Below, one piece after another: positions 37,778 to 47,785 of a DNA stretch of 64,000 bases. Position 1 is the stretch's first letter; each line of letters begins with the position of its first letter. Below the pieces are notes generated by a model. It made no database searches and was not told the DNA's origin. It was given only the letters and a program-made list of their open reading frames with translations. Source of the stretch: Patescibacteria group bacterium (lineage in GTDB: Bacteria; Patescibacteriota; Patescibacteriia; UBA9570); contig JBAYIY010000008.1 in NCBI GenBank assembly GCA_041665365.1, forward strand, positions 6,396 through 70,395. The letters are read 5' to 3'. The translations under genes and the position numbers were made by a program.

Positions 37778-40335
37778 CTTTACCGAAAGCCTTCGAGGCC
37801 AAAGATTACGAAGATAGTATTTATAAACTCTGGGAGGAGTCCGGTGCTTTTAATCCTGATAATTTAGCAGCTGATGAGACGTACACTATTATATTGCCGC
37901 CACCCAATGCCACTGGCACACTCCATTTAGGCCATGCCATGTATGTGGTACAAGATATTTTGATTCGCTATCAGCGGATGCATGGTAAGAAAACTCTCTG
38001 GTTACCCGGCACAGATCATGCCGCTATTGCTACGCAAAATAGAGTTGAAAAAGACTTGGCTAAACGAACTCCAGCTGTCACCAGACACGATTTAGGGCGA
38101 ACCAAGTTTGTGGCCGAGGTGGAAAAATTTGTGGAAACTTCCCGTGGCACCATTCGCAATCAATTACGCAAAATGGGCTTCTCGTTGGATTGGTCACGTG
38201 AAGCCTTTACTTTAGATGATACGCGTAAAGCGGCGGTCAGCGAATTATTTGTGCGTATGTATCTTGATAATTTAATTTATCGCGGTCATCGCATTGTTAA
38301 CTGGTGCCCGCGTTGTCAAAGTACGCTGGCTGATGACGAAGTTGAATATAAAGAAGAGCAAACTAAGTTCTATTATTTTAAGTATGGTCCAGTAGTGATT
38401 GGCACCGCTCGACCGGAAACCAAATTTTTAGATAAAACCATCGTGGTTAATCCAGCCGATGAACGGTATACACACTTGCAGGGTAAAACTTTTTCGGTAC
38501 CTTGGTTAACCGGAGAAGTTGACGCCCAGGTGATTGCCGATGCGGTAGTTGATCAAACCTTTGGGACCGGTGCCATGACAATCACCCCAGCGCATAGCCA
38601 GGAAGATTTTGCCTTAGCCCAAAAATATAATTTACCGATTGTACAGATTATTGATGAACAGGGTAATTTTACAGAAGCAGCCGGTGACTTGGCCGGTAAA
38701 AACGCGCGAGCCAGTCGCGCAGCGATTGTTGAAATATTAGCGAAAAAAGGTTTAGTGGATCATATTGATGAAAATTATAAACATAATTTATCCGTCTGTT
38801 ATCGCTGTGGTACTGCTATCGAACCATTAACTAAAGTACAATGGTTTGTAAACGTCGATGCGCATTTACCAGCTGGTCATGCGTTTGCTGGTCAGACTTT
38901 AAAACAAGTCGCCATTCAAGTAGTAAAGGATGACAGTATAAAAATTATCCCGGATCGGTTTAATAGCACCTATTTTCATTGGTTGGAAAATCTCCATGAT
39001 TGGTGCATTTCACGACAGCTCTGGTACGGTCATAGAATACCAGCTTGGTATAAAGATAATGAGATTAAAGTACAGTTAGAAACTCCCGGTGAAGGTTGGA
39101 TACAAGATGACGATGTGTTGGATACTTGGTTCTCATCTGGCATGTGGACTTTTTCTACTTTAGGCTTTCCAGAACGCACCAAAGATTTAGACACCTATCA
39201 TCCGACACAGGTTTTAGAAACCGGTTATGATATTTTATTCTTCTGGGTCGCCCGGATGATTTTAATCACCACTTATGCCTTAGGTGAGATTCCGTTTGAA
39301 AATGTTTATCTACATGGTTTAGTGCGTGATAAACAAGGCCGGAAGATGTCTAAATCTTTAGGTAATGGGATTGATCCATTAGCTATGACCGCAAAATATG
39401 GTACGGATGCTTTACGGGTAGCCTTGATTGCAGGTACTACACCGGGTAATGATGCACGTTTATACGAAGAAAAAATTGCCTCATATCGAAACTTTATAAA
39501 TAAAATTTGGAATGTATCCCGGTTTGTGTTGATGTCTGAATCAATTCAATCTGGTGATACGGATACAATCACGGATAATTGGTTTCGTTCCAGAATTGCC
39601 AAAGTGGTGGAAGAGGTGACCGGTCATATCGAAGCCTATCAATTAAGTTTAGCCGCCGAACGGGCCTATGATTTCTTGTGGCACGAATTAGCCGATTGGT
39701 ATGTGGAGATCAATAAATTTCAATCCAACCCAGCTTTGATGCGTCATGGTTTAGAAACTGCCCTGCAATTATTACACCCATTTGTTCCGTTTGTAACAGA
39801 AACTATCTGGCAAGAGTTGTATCCCAGTAAAATGTTAATGCTTCAGGCTTGGCCGAAAGCCAACGGCAGTAATCGTGACGCTCAGGCCGAAGAGCAATTC
39901 AATGCTATTCAAGACATTGTCACTCAAATTAGAAACATGCGCAGTCAGTATCAAATACCATACACAAAAATATTTACTCTTACCCAACAACCAGATTGTA
40001 AATTATCTAATGAGGCCAAAACGATTATAGAAACATTATGTAAGATTAACATTGTGTCTGGCAATGTATCTGGAACAAACACAGAAATTGCGAATAACTT
40101 GTATGGTTTTTCATTAAATTTAGGTGATACAATTGATATTCAAAAAGAAAAGATTAGATTACAAAAACAAATCGATCAAGCCACCCAGTACCGTGGTAAG
40201 CTTCAACAAAAATTAGCTAATACTGAGTATGTCAGTAAAGTGCCAGTAGAAATTCTCGAGAAAGATAAACTTCAGTTACAAGAACAAGATACAAAGATTA
40301 GTTTGTTAGAGAAAACGTTAAAACAGTTAAATTAA
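37774..40335 (+). CDS. valS: valine--tRNA ligase
   Basis: PPPNATGTLHLGHA (HIGH), KMSKS, C-terminal coiled coil; 853 aa. Confidence 0.95.
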   Translation: MTLPKAFEAKDYEDSIYKLWEESGAFNPDNLAADETYTIILPPPNATGTLHLGHAMYVVQDILIRYQRMHGKKTLWLPGTDHAAIATQNRVEKDLAKRTPAVTRHDLGRTKFVAEVEKFVETSRGTIRNQLRKMGFSLDWSREAFTLDDTRKAAVSELFVRMYLDNLIYRGHRIVNWCPRCQSTLADDEVEYKEEQTKFYYFKYGPVVIGTARPETKFLDKTIVVNPADERYTHLQGKTFSVPWLTGEVDAQVIADAVVDQTFGTGAMTITPAHSQEDFALAQKYNLPIVQIIDEQGNFTEAAGDLAGKNARASRAAIVEILAKKGLVDHIDENYKHNLSVCYRCGTAIEPLTKVQWFVNVDAHLPAGHAFAGQTLKQVAIQVVKDDSIKIIPDRFNSTYFHWLENLHDWCISRQLWYGHRIPAWYKDNEIKVQLETPGEGWIQDDDVLDTWFSSGMWTFSTLGFPERTKDLDTYHPTQVLETGYDILFFWVARMILITTYALGEIPFENVYLHGLVRDKQGRKMSKSLGNGIDPLAMTAKYGTDALRVALIAGTTPGNDARLYEEKIASYRNFINKIWNVSRFVLMSESIQSGDTDTITDNWFRSRIAKVVEEVTGHIEAYQLSLAAERAYDFLWHELADWYVEINKFQSNPALMRHGLETALQLLHPFVPFVTETIWQELYPSKMLMLQAWPKANGSNRDAQAEEQFNAIQDIVTQIRNMRSQYQIPYTKIFTLTQQPDCKLSNEAKTIIETLCKINIVSGNVSGTNTEIANNLYGFSLNLGDTIDIQKEKIRLQKQIDQATQYRGKLQQKLANTEYVSKVPVEILEKDKLQLQEQDTKISLLEKTLKQLN

Positions 40336-40338
40336 TAG

Positions 40339-42117
40339 TTAATCAAACACCGTCACACGAATCACTTCGGCTACGGAAGTGATACCCTCCACGGCTTTTA
40401 AGATGCCATCTTGCGCCATGTTCAACATGCCATTGCGGTGAGTCACTTCTTTCATTTGATATTCAGACACATTACCAGATAATGTCATCGCTTCAATTTC
40501 CGGATTCTTCGTGAAAATTTCATAAATACCGATGCGACCTTTATAACCTAAGCCATTGCATTGTTCACACCCCTTGCCTTCATAAAAAGTTAGTTTAGAA
40601 GTATCTGGAATCGGTTCACCGGAATTTTTTGGAATGCTATTGATGAGTTTTTTTACCCGTTCGAGGGTTTCTAAATCTAAGGTTTTTATTTCTTTACATT
40701 TGGGGCATAGTTTTCGTACTAAGCGTTGGCCGATCATGGCGTTCATGGCGGGGGCTAATAAAAAGCCAGGCACACCCATTGATAGAAACCGGGGGATGGC
40801 TCCGGCGGCATCGTTGGTATGAATGGTTGATAATAATAAGTGGCCGGTTAACGCGGCTTGCACAGCGGTTTCACCGGTTTCTAAATCGCGGATTTCACCG
40901 ACCATGATAATATTCGGATCTTGCCGTAAAATGGCACGCAACCCTTTGGCAAAAGTGTAATCTTTTGAGTGATCAATTTGCGATTGATCAACACCGGCTA
41001 ATCTATATTCAATTGGATTTTCTAAGGTGATTATTTTTCGATCCGGTTTATTCAGGGTATTTAAAATAGCGTACAAAGTAGTGGTTTTTCCGGAACCGGT
41101 TGGACCAGTGGCCATAATCATGCCCTGGGGTTTTTCTAATTCGTGTTTTAGCCGTTGAAAAGCGGATGGTCGTAAACCGAGCTGTTCAAAGGTTAAACCA
41201 ATCGAGGCCGAGCGTAATAGCCGCATCACGACCGATTCACCCCAGGCCGTTGGAATAGTGGAGACACGAATATCCATGGTGTCATTATCCAGCGCGATGG
41301 TAATACGACCATCTTGTGGGACAGAATCAATATTTATTTTTAAACCGGAAATAGTTTTGATCCGAGCAATGAGTTTTGGCCAAAGTTCTGACGGAATTTT
41401 AGCCGCCACTTGCAGCAAACCATCCACCCGATACCGAATCATAATTTTGTGCTCTTCCGCTTCAATATGAATATCCGAAGAGCGCACATTCATGGCCATG
41501 GCCACAATCATGGCAAACATCTCGGTCATGTTGACCTGCAGCAACTTTTTTTCTAGATCAGCGAACGTGACAACATCTTTTTGAAAGCGGTCTAAATCGG
41601 CTTTAGTCAAAGCGACATCAGTATGAATGACATTAACTCGAGCAATGTTTTTATAGAGTTTCAAAGCTTCACTAAAACTATGTTCCGAAGTGAGATATAG
41701 TGAAATATTAGATCCCGGAAATTGGCGTTGAATTCTAGCCACGACATCATGTAAGTCTGGATGATCTGGTTGAGACGTGGCTAAACGGATTTGTTGACCT
41801 AATTTAAAAAATACGATGGTTTGTAATTGTTTCGCTTCGGCTTCCGGAATTAATGACAACACTTCTGGCCCAATCGGGAAACCTTTCAGATTGATATATT
41901 GCAAACCAATGCCTATGGCCGTAGCCTGACAAATTTCTTCAAGCTTGTTTAATTCGATGGTCTCAATGCGTTCTTGTAGTTTAATGGCTGGGTTGGAATC
42001 ATCTGATGGCTTCTTTAAAACGGGAGTACTTGAAGACTGAGTAGATGTAGCAGTAGTGGGTGGTGGAGTAACCTTTCGGTTCAGTGCTAATAAATCTTCA
42101 ATGCGTTGGATAGACAT
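40339..42117 (-). CDS. type IV pilus assembly/type II secretion ATPase (PilB/GspE family); start reassigned to ATG 42117
   Basis: Walker A MATGPTGSGKTTTLYAIL, Asp/His boxes, C-terminal tetracysteine CPKC...CEQC; extended -10 TGCTATAAT (42124-42132) 6 nt upstream of ATG suggests leaderless mRNA. Confidence 0.85.
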   Translation of the reverse strand: MSIQRIEDLLALNRKVTPPPTTATSTQSSSTPVLKKPSDDSNPAIKLQERIETIELNKLEEICQATAIGIGLQYINLKGFPIGPEVLSLIPEAEAKQLQTIVFFKLGQQIRLATSQPDHPDLHDVVARIQRQFPGSNISLYLTSEHSFSEALKLYKNIARVNVIHTDVALTKADLDRFQKDVVTFADLEKKLLQVNMTEMFAMIVAMAMNVRSSDIHIEAEEHKIMIRYRVDGLLQVAAKIPSELWPKLIARIKTISGLKINIDSVPQDGRITIALDNDTMDIRVSTIPTAWGESVVMRLLRSASIGLTFEQLGLRPSAFQRLKHELEKPQGMIMATGPTGSGKTTTLYAILNTLNKPDRKIITLENPIEYRLAGVDQSQIDHSKDYTFAKGLRAILRQDPNIIMVGEIRDLETGETAVQAALTGHLLLSTIHTNDAAGAIPRFLSMGVPGFLLAPAMNAMIGQRLVRKLCPKCKEIKTLDLETLERVKKLINSIPKNSGEPIPDTSKLTFYEGKGCEQCNGLGYKGRIGIYEIFTKNPEIEAMTLSGNVSEYQMKEVTHRNGMLNMAQDGILKAVEGITSVAEVIRVTVFD

Positions 42118-42140
42118 TAGTTGATTATAGCACACTTTTT

Positions 42141-42230
42141 CCCCTTTCTCCCCAACCCTCCTTCCCATTTTGGGAAGGAGGGAGTAAGAAAAAGATTTTA
42201 AAAAAATCCTCCCCCAAAGTGGGGGAGGAC
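42141..42230. repeat. GC-rich palindrome-bearing element E42 (two hairpins separated by TAAGAAAAAGATTTTAAAAAAATC), shares CTCCCCAACCCTCC with A1/A2
   Basis: Read in sequence; second hairpin plus T-run acts as terminator for minus gene 42269..43402. Confidence 0.7.
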
Positions 42231-42268
42231 CGTTTCGAGTGTAACGAGAAACAGGAGGGGGGGGTGTG

Positions 42269-43402
42269 TTATCTCACTTTTTGGCGAATGCGGTCATGAA
42301 CCAGTTGCTGGGCAGCTGCGACCGTACTCACTGGAATTGTAATAGTAACCAAATTTTGTGTGCCCGTGGGGTGAAAATCATGAAACACTTCAGCTGGTTG
42401 AATATATGGGGCAGTGGCAATAAGAGCTTGAATCAAACCTTGGTATTCATAAACAATATACACATGATCGGCATCTGGGGTGTTAATAATCAACTCATCG
42501 ATCACCTCAGTTAAATCTTGTACCGTGGTTAATGTATCGGAAAAATCATAGTGTTGCAGGGTCGACCAGACTAATTTACTGGCCGGGTCAGTTTGCAGTT
42601 GAGCTAAAGCGCGACCCCATAGTTTTAAGGCGGGCAGGGTTTTAGTCTGGTAAAGATTTTTTACAATCTCAGCTCGGCGCGCTCCGGAACTAATCAAATG
42701 GCTGGCAATTGCGAGAGAACGGGGTGTAACGGCGTTGGTTTTGAAAGACTTGGTTTTTGAAATTATCCCGGTCAGTAATTGTGTCGCCATAAATTCATCT
42801 AAGAATGAACCAGCCTCTAAGTGCTCGAGTAATTCAAAGACGATTTCTGAAACACTCGTAGCAGTTACCTGGACAAAATTAATCTCACCATAATGTTCGT
42901 TAGCCGGATGATGATCGATATTGATTAAGGCTGTGTGATGGAAAAATTCAGCATTGTTTTCAAACACTTTTCCCAAACTGGCCAAGTCTTGACTATCTAA
43001 CACGATAATTAAATCAAAAATATAATCACTAGACGATGTGCTCACATCACGGGTTTCGAAATAACCGTTTTTGGGAGTAATATAAACACTTAACCGATTA
43101 TCTTTAATATCATATTGAATGTCTTGTACTTTAGTTTGTGTTACATCCACCGAAATAATGAATTTTTTTATAGCCGTCAGTTCATGCTCAATTTCATCAC
43201 TCTTTGGTAGAAATTTGTGATTATCCGGCAAAGCAAACCCATCGGCCACTACTTTGGCTTGTTTGCCCATTTTTTGCAGCAAACCATACACCGCCAAACC
43301 CGAGGCTATCGCATCAGTGCTTGGTTTAGACGGCAAACACACCAAAACCCGTTGATGATTTGTAATAAGTAATTTAATTTGTTGTTCGAGGGTTAGAGCC
43401 AT
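42269..43402 (-). CDS. DHH-family phosphoesterase (NrnA-like)
   Basis: DHH motif INIDHHPANEHYG; N-terminal DHH motif I degenerate. Confidence 0.55.
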   Translation of the reverse strand: MALTLEQQIKLLITNHQRVLVCLPSKPSTDAIASGLAVYGLLQKMGKQAKVVADGFALPDNHKFLPKSDEIEHELTAIKKFIISVDVTQTKVQDIQYDIKDNRLSVYITPKNGYFETRDVSTSSSDYIFDLIIVLDSQDLASLGKVFENNAEFFHHTALINIDHHPANEHYGEINFVQVTATSVSEIVFELLEHLEAGSFLDEFMATQLLTGIISKTKSFKTNAVTPRSLAIASHLISSGARRAEIVKNLYQTKTLPALKLWGRALAQLQTDPASKLVWSTLQHYDFSDTLTTVQDLTEVIDELIINTPDADHVYIVYEYQGLIQALIATAPYIQPAEVFHDFHPTGTQNLVTITIPVSTVAAAQQLVHDRIRQKVR

Positions 43403-43509
43403 AATTTTAGTTTGTTTGTTCTTTCAACAAAGGTTGACAAAACGAACAAAATAACGTACCATACGTGAGAATATTGTCAAGTTAATCACTAAAATTACTT
43501 ATAGATTTT

Positions 43510-44784
43510 ATGGTGGCAGAAGCCAGAGTAAGAGCCCGAGTAGACCGTCTTAGTGTACCCGTTACACCAGTGAACCTAGAAGATGCACCCACTGAATCGT
43601 CAACTCAACCTATAAAAATTGTTGAAGGTGAGAATCGTCCCGCAACATTACCGCCATTACCTGACGAAAACCTAGTTAATGTTGTTCCTGAAATTGATGA
43701 ATATGCTGGCGAGACCGAGACGATGCCAGTTACTGATGTCGTAGAAAGACATTCATTAAGTGAAGATATTGCCGAGCAACGACGCATTATTTTTGCACAA
43801 ATACCAGAGTTATTTTCAAATGATAAAGCACAGATTGCCGCAGCCGAAGCTGAGTTGATGGGTCTTGAAATTGATATTCATAGTAATGATAAAGATAGGC
43901 ACCCGTATGTTTTGGGTAAACATATAGCTACCGGTGGGTTTGGCGCTGTTTTTGAGGCGATTGATCCTACTACGCATAAAGCGGTGATTGTTAAATTTAG
44001 TAGGCCATTTGATCGTAGTCAATTGATAGAAAATAAAAAGGATCTTGTTAAAACTCAATATTTAGATGTGGCCATATCCAGAATGTGTATTACAGAAATG
44101 GTTAGCAGTAAACGAGTGTCACAGGGCATGAAGCGAGAGGGTGGTAAGCCTCCGTTTCCAATCTATTATGATGGCCTATTAATGCCCCATCCTGATTTTA
44201 AACCAAGTGAACCGGGTGAAGTAGATAAACGGATTGCAGTGATGGTGATGGAAGAGATTTCCGGGCAATCACTTTCTAGTATTTTAGAAAATCCGCAACA
44301 ACAATATTCACCTGAAGTTATACTGGCAGTAGTGCAAGAATTAATTACCGCTGTACGTTTAATGCATGATAAACAAGTGTTACATTTAGATTTGAAGCCA
44401 CAAAATATAATGATCACTAAAGATAATCATGCCGTTATTATCGATTTAGGAACCAGTGTTCTGCAAGATAAGTTGGCCGAAGATAATACTAGAAAAGCCC
44501 ATAATTGGGTAAAACCAGTTGGTAATCCAAGTACTAAAAACTATGTTCAGGGATATGAAAGGTTAACACGTACCCCGGAACGTGATGTCTATGCTCTTGG
44601 TATTACAATCTATGACATGATTTATGGTATGGAGAGTAGTAAGACATTTCGAGCGGTTCGTTTTAACACATTGCCTGAAGCATTAAAAAAACTATCTGCC
44701 ATAGCCGATAAAATGACCAATCCAACACCAGAAGAAAGACTGACTTTAGAACAAGCGGAGAGTGAATTGAAAAACATAAAGTAA
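43510..44784 (+). CDS. atypical Hanks-type Ser/Thr protein kinase-like protein 1 (non-RD)
   Basis: G-loop IATGGFGAVFEA, VIVKF lysine, HLDLKPQN catalytic loop, IDLGTSV, TPE...DVYALG. Confidence 0.7.
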   Translation: MVAEARVRARVDRLSVPVTPVNLEDAPTESSTQPIKIVEGENRPATLPPLPDENLVNVVPEIDEYAGETETMPVTDVVERHSLSEDIAEQRRIIFAQIPELFSNDKAQIAAAEAELMGLEIDIHSNDKDRHPYVLGKHIATGGFGAVFEAIDPTTHKAVIVKFSRPFDRSQLIENKKDLVKTQYLDVAISRMCITEMVSSKRVSQGMKREGGKPPFPIYYDGLLMPHPDFKPSEPGEVDKRIAVMVMEEISGQSLSSILENPQQQYSPEVILAVVQELITAVRLMHDKQVLHLDLKPQNIMITKDNHAVIIDLGTSVLQDKLAEDNTRKAHNWVKPVGNPSTKNYVQGYERLTRTPERDVYALGITIYDMIYGMESSKTFRAVRFNTLPEALKKLSAIADKMTNPTPEERLTLEQAESELKNIK

Positions 44785-44794
44785 ATAAATATCC

Positions 44795-45964
44795 ATGGAG
44801 GCAGAATTACAAATTACACCAGGCAAACCGCCGGTCAGAAAACCACGAGAAACTCGTAGAGTTCATGAACCTGATCTTGATCTTTTAAAACCAGTTACGG
44901 AACTCCCATTAGTCACTGAATTACCAGCCGTAGAACCAGAGGAGATAGATCCTAAGGAGGAATCAAGAGAAGTAAGACGGAAACTTTTCAGGTATGTTCC
45001 AGAATTATTTTCTGATGAACCTGCAGTAGCCAGGGTCGCTGAAGCTGCTTTAGTGGGTGAATCGGTTGTAATACGTCGACATACAGAAACACATCCATAT
45101 AAACTAGAAAGATTACTGAGTAAAGGGGGTTTTGGTGCTGTCTTTGTTGCCAGACACGAAAAGTATGGTAAGGTCGTGGTAAAATTTGTTAAACCATTTG
45201 TGCGTGATGATGTTATTTCTCCAAAAATAGCAGGTGATAAAATAAATGAAGCGGCTCATGCGCGTAGTGTATTAAATGAAGTGGTGTGTGAAAGATTATT
45301 ATCCAATAATAAGAACGGAGAACCAATGCAACGTGCTGGCAATAATCCGCCGGTGCCAATTTTGTATGATGCTAGTTTGTTACCTAACCCAGATCGAGTG
45401 CAGGGTGAACCTGATGTACGTTTAGCCGCTATTGCCAGTGAATATATTCCAGGCGATACTTTATCAGCCTTCATTAAAATTAATCCTGATTTAAAATCAC
45501 AGCCAGAAGAAATTGAATCAATTGTTTTGCAGTTAATGGATGCAGTAAAAGCCATACATAATAAAGGTGTCATACACTTTGATTTAAAGCCAGCCAATAT
45601 TATGATCACACCGGATAACCAAGTGATCATTCTAGATTTAGGTAGCGCTTATCTTAAAGAAGGCAAACAAGAATGGACTAAACATCTCACTTATACATTC
45701 ACGGAACGGTATGCGCGTCGAGAAGAACTAGGTAGTTACAGTGAAACTCGAGATGTTTTTGCTTTAGGTAACATTATTTATGATTTGATCTACGGTAGAA
45801 AATCTACTCCAGAACTTCGTGCCGCAGCCTACCCAGCACTGCCATTAAAATTACAAACTATGTCTAAGTTAGCTGATAGTATGACACACCCTGAAATAGT
45901 TCAGCGCGCAGATTTGGGTGATTCAGCGGAATTAAACGATTTGGTAAATAAATTTTTTCAATAG
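44795..45964 (+). CDS. atypical Hanks-type Ser/Thr protein kinase-like protein 2 (paralog of upstream gene)
   Basis: LSKGGFGAVFVA, VVVKF, HFDLKPAN, LDLGSAY; shares N-terminal PELFS...AEA...HPY segment with kinase 1. Confidence 0.7.
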   Translation: MEAELQITPGKPPVRKPRETRRVHEPDLDLLKPVTELPLVTELPAVEPEEIDPKEESREVRRKLFRYVPELFSDEPAVARVAEAALVGESVVIRRHTETHPYKLERLLSKGGFGAVFVARHEKYGKVVVKFVKPFVRDDVISPKIAGDKINEAAHARSVLNEVVCERLLSNNKNGEPMQRAGNNPPVPILYDASLLPNPDRVQGEPDVRLAAIASEYIPGDTLSAFIKINPDLKSQPEEIESIVLQLMDAVKAIHNKGVIHFDLKPANIMITPDNQVIILDLGSAYLKEGKQEWTKHLTYTFTERYARREELGSYSETRDVFALGNIIYDLIYGRKSTPELRAAAYPALPLKLQTMSKLADSMTHPEIVQRADLGDSAELNDLVNKFFQ

Positions 45965-46546
45965 GTGATATTTTATCTACTTCTTAATCTTTTTTTATGC
46001 GGTTATTTAGTTGTTATAATTATTCGGCTTTTACCGTTAGTATTATTTGCCCATCAACCGTTACCGTTTGTACCAATTCCTAAACGGATTGCTAAACGCA
46101 TGGCGCGGTTACCACAATTACAAAACTGTTACACGTTTATCGATTTAGGTTGCGGTACCGGCACAATTTTGGCAGCCCTGCATCGGGCTAAACCGCAGGC
46201 CAAACTAACGGGGGTAGAATATAATCCAAAAATATTTAAACTAGCACAATGGCGCACTACCTGGTGGAAAAATAAACCGGATTTACACTGTACGGATATG
46301 TTTACCTGGGACATTTCTCAATATGATGCTATTGTTGGATGGTGGGTACCGAAATTTTGTGCCCAGTTAGTACCTAAATTAATACAGGAAGTTAAACCGA
46401 GTTGTGTGATGGTGTGTTATATGTTTCCTTTACCAAAACATCCGGCTTTACATGAACAAATTATCCCGGCCGGTCACCATAATATCTATGTCTATACTAA
46501 AGTTCAGTCTCATCAGCTTAATCCTAATACTACCGGTTCTAAGTAG
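45965..46546 (+). CDS. class I SAM-dependent methyltransferase with N-terminal TM helix (GTG start)
   Basis: Motif I FIDLGCGTGTILAAL; hydrophobic N-terminus. Confidence 0.55.
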   Translation: MIFYLLLNLFLCGYLVVIIIRLLPLVLFAHQPLPFVPIPKRIAKRMARLPQLQNCYTFIDLGCGTGTILAALHRAKPQAKLTGVEYNPKIFKLAQWRTTWWKNKPDLHCTDMFTWDISQYDAIVGWWVPKFCAQLVPKLIQEVKPSCVMVCYMFPLPKHPALHEQIIPAGHHNIYVYTKVQSHQLNPNTTGSK

Positions 46547-47780
46547 TGCGCAAACCATTACTGGCACCTCATCTGATTTTGTTTCGGTAGCTACAGAGGA
46601 ACCATACACTACAACGATTGCGCTGTATGGCACAGATTTAGATTATTTATTGTTTAATCCAGTTACCATTCAGCTTGGTCCACTCACTGGGACGGTGTTA
46701 TCTGGTAATGAAACGGGGGTGAATATATCTTTTACTATTGATAGCACCCTATTGTTGGAGCGAGAAGCGAGTTACCCGATTACTGTTTTGAATGGTGAGA
46801 CATTAATAACGAGCAGCCCAGCTCTGGCTATATTTAATCCATTTGTCGGTGATTATATTTATCAACAACCAAATCATTATCTAAATCATATTTCTCAACC
46901 CCATAAAAGAACTAAACAAACCATTGGTTTGAATGTGCATCAAACTTTAGGTGGTGATAGTACCTTAGATGGTGTGTATGCCCAACGGTTAGACGATAGC
47001 AAAACTATTTGGGTACGAGAACATATTAGTTATGCTGAAGTAATGGGCAGTGATAGTGCGGCTTGGTTAAAACGGTACGATAAAATCATGCTGCAGTATC
47101 GTGATCATAATCAAAAGGTGATAGCCATGTTGGCTTATGGTGATGGCAATGATGCTTATGCTGAGCCAGCGCGCTGGGAGGAATTTGTCCGGTTAATGGT
47201 GAAGCGTTATCGCAATTATGTGGACGTGTGGGAAATCTGGAACGAACCAGATAGTGCCGCGTATTTATCTCCGCAACATAATTGGCGAACATATCGACAC
47301 ATTTTAAAAACCGGTTCGGCGCTGGTGCGGCAGTATGATCCAGATGCCATTGTGTTGCCGGGCGCTGTATCCAATTTATCCAATCCAGAATTTACTAAAC
47401 AATTATATGGTAAAGGAAAAAAATATTTTGATGATTTTAATATCCATGTGTATTATTGCACTAAACCGGAGCAATTAGCCGGTGATTTTGATCGTTTACG
47501 AAAAGTGGTGGCACGGTATCGATCGCCCGAACGAATCTGGGTGACTGAATTAGGATGTTCGACCGGTGGCACTGGTATTACCAAGAAGCAAGTCAAACAA
47601 TATCTACAAACTACTACCAAACAATTACTGGCAGAAAATTTCATAGGTCCGATTTTACTCTATTCATTTCGTGATCGTACTTATTTAACTTCTGATCCAT
47701 ACGAAGCCTACTTTGGTTTAATGACTGATGCCTTAGTACCAAAACCGGCTTGGCGGTGGTACAAGTTACTGGTAAGATAA
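46488..47780 (+). CDS. secreted glycoside hydrolase, clan GH-A (GH5-like); start reassigned to signal-peptide ATG at 46488
   Basis: Signal peptide MSILKFSLISLILILPVLSSA; catalytic acid in VWEIWNEPD and nucleophile in WVTELG. Confidence 0.65.
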   Translation: MSILKFSLISLILILPVLSSAQTITGTSSDFVSVATEEPYTTTIALYGTDLDYLLFNPVTIQLGPLTGTVLSGNETGVNISFTIDSTLLLEREASYPITVLNGETLITSSPALAIFNPFVGDYIYQQPNHYLNHISQPHKRTKQTIGLNVHQTLGGDSTLDGVYAQRLDDSKTIWVREHISYAEVMGSDSAAWLKRYDKIMLQYRDHNQKVIAMLAYGDGNDAYAEPARWEEFVRLMVKRYRNYVDVWEIWNEPDSAAYLSPQHNWRTYRHILKTGSALVRQYDPDAIVLPGAVSNLSNPEFTKQLYGKGKKYFDDFNIHVYYCTKPEQLAGDFDRLRKVVARYRSPERIWVTELGCSTGGTGITKKQVKQYLQTTTKQLLAENFIGPILLYSFRDRTYLTSDPYEAYFGLMTDALVPKPAWRWYKLLVR

Positions 47781-47785
47781 CACCC

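Noticed and set aside
42118-42168. N-terminal extension MGRRVGEKGEKVCYNQL of the pilB/gspE ORF
   Set aside because: An extended -10 box (TGCTATAAT) lies within this extension, 6 nt upstream of the internal ATG; the extension overlaps the E42 repeat; start moved to 42117.
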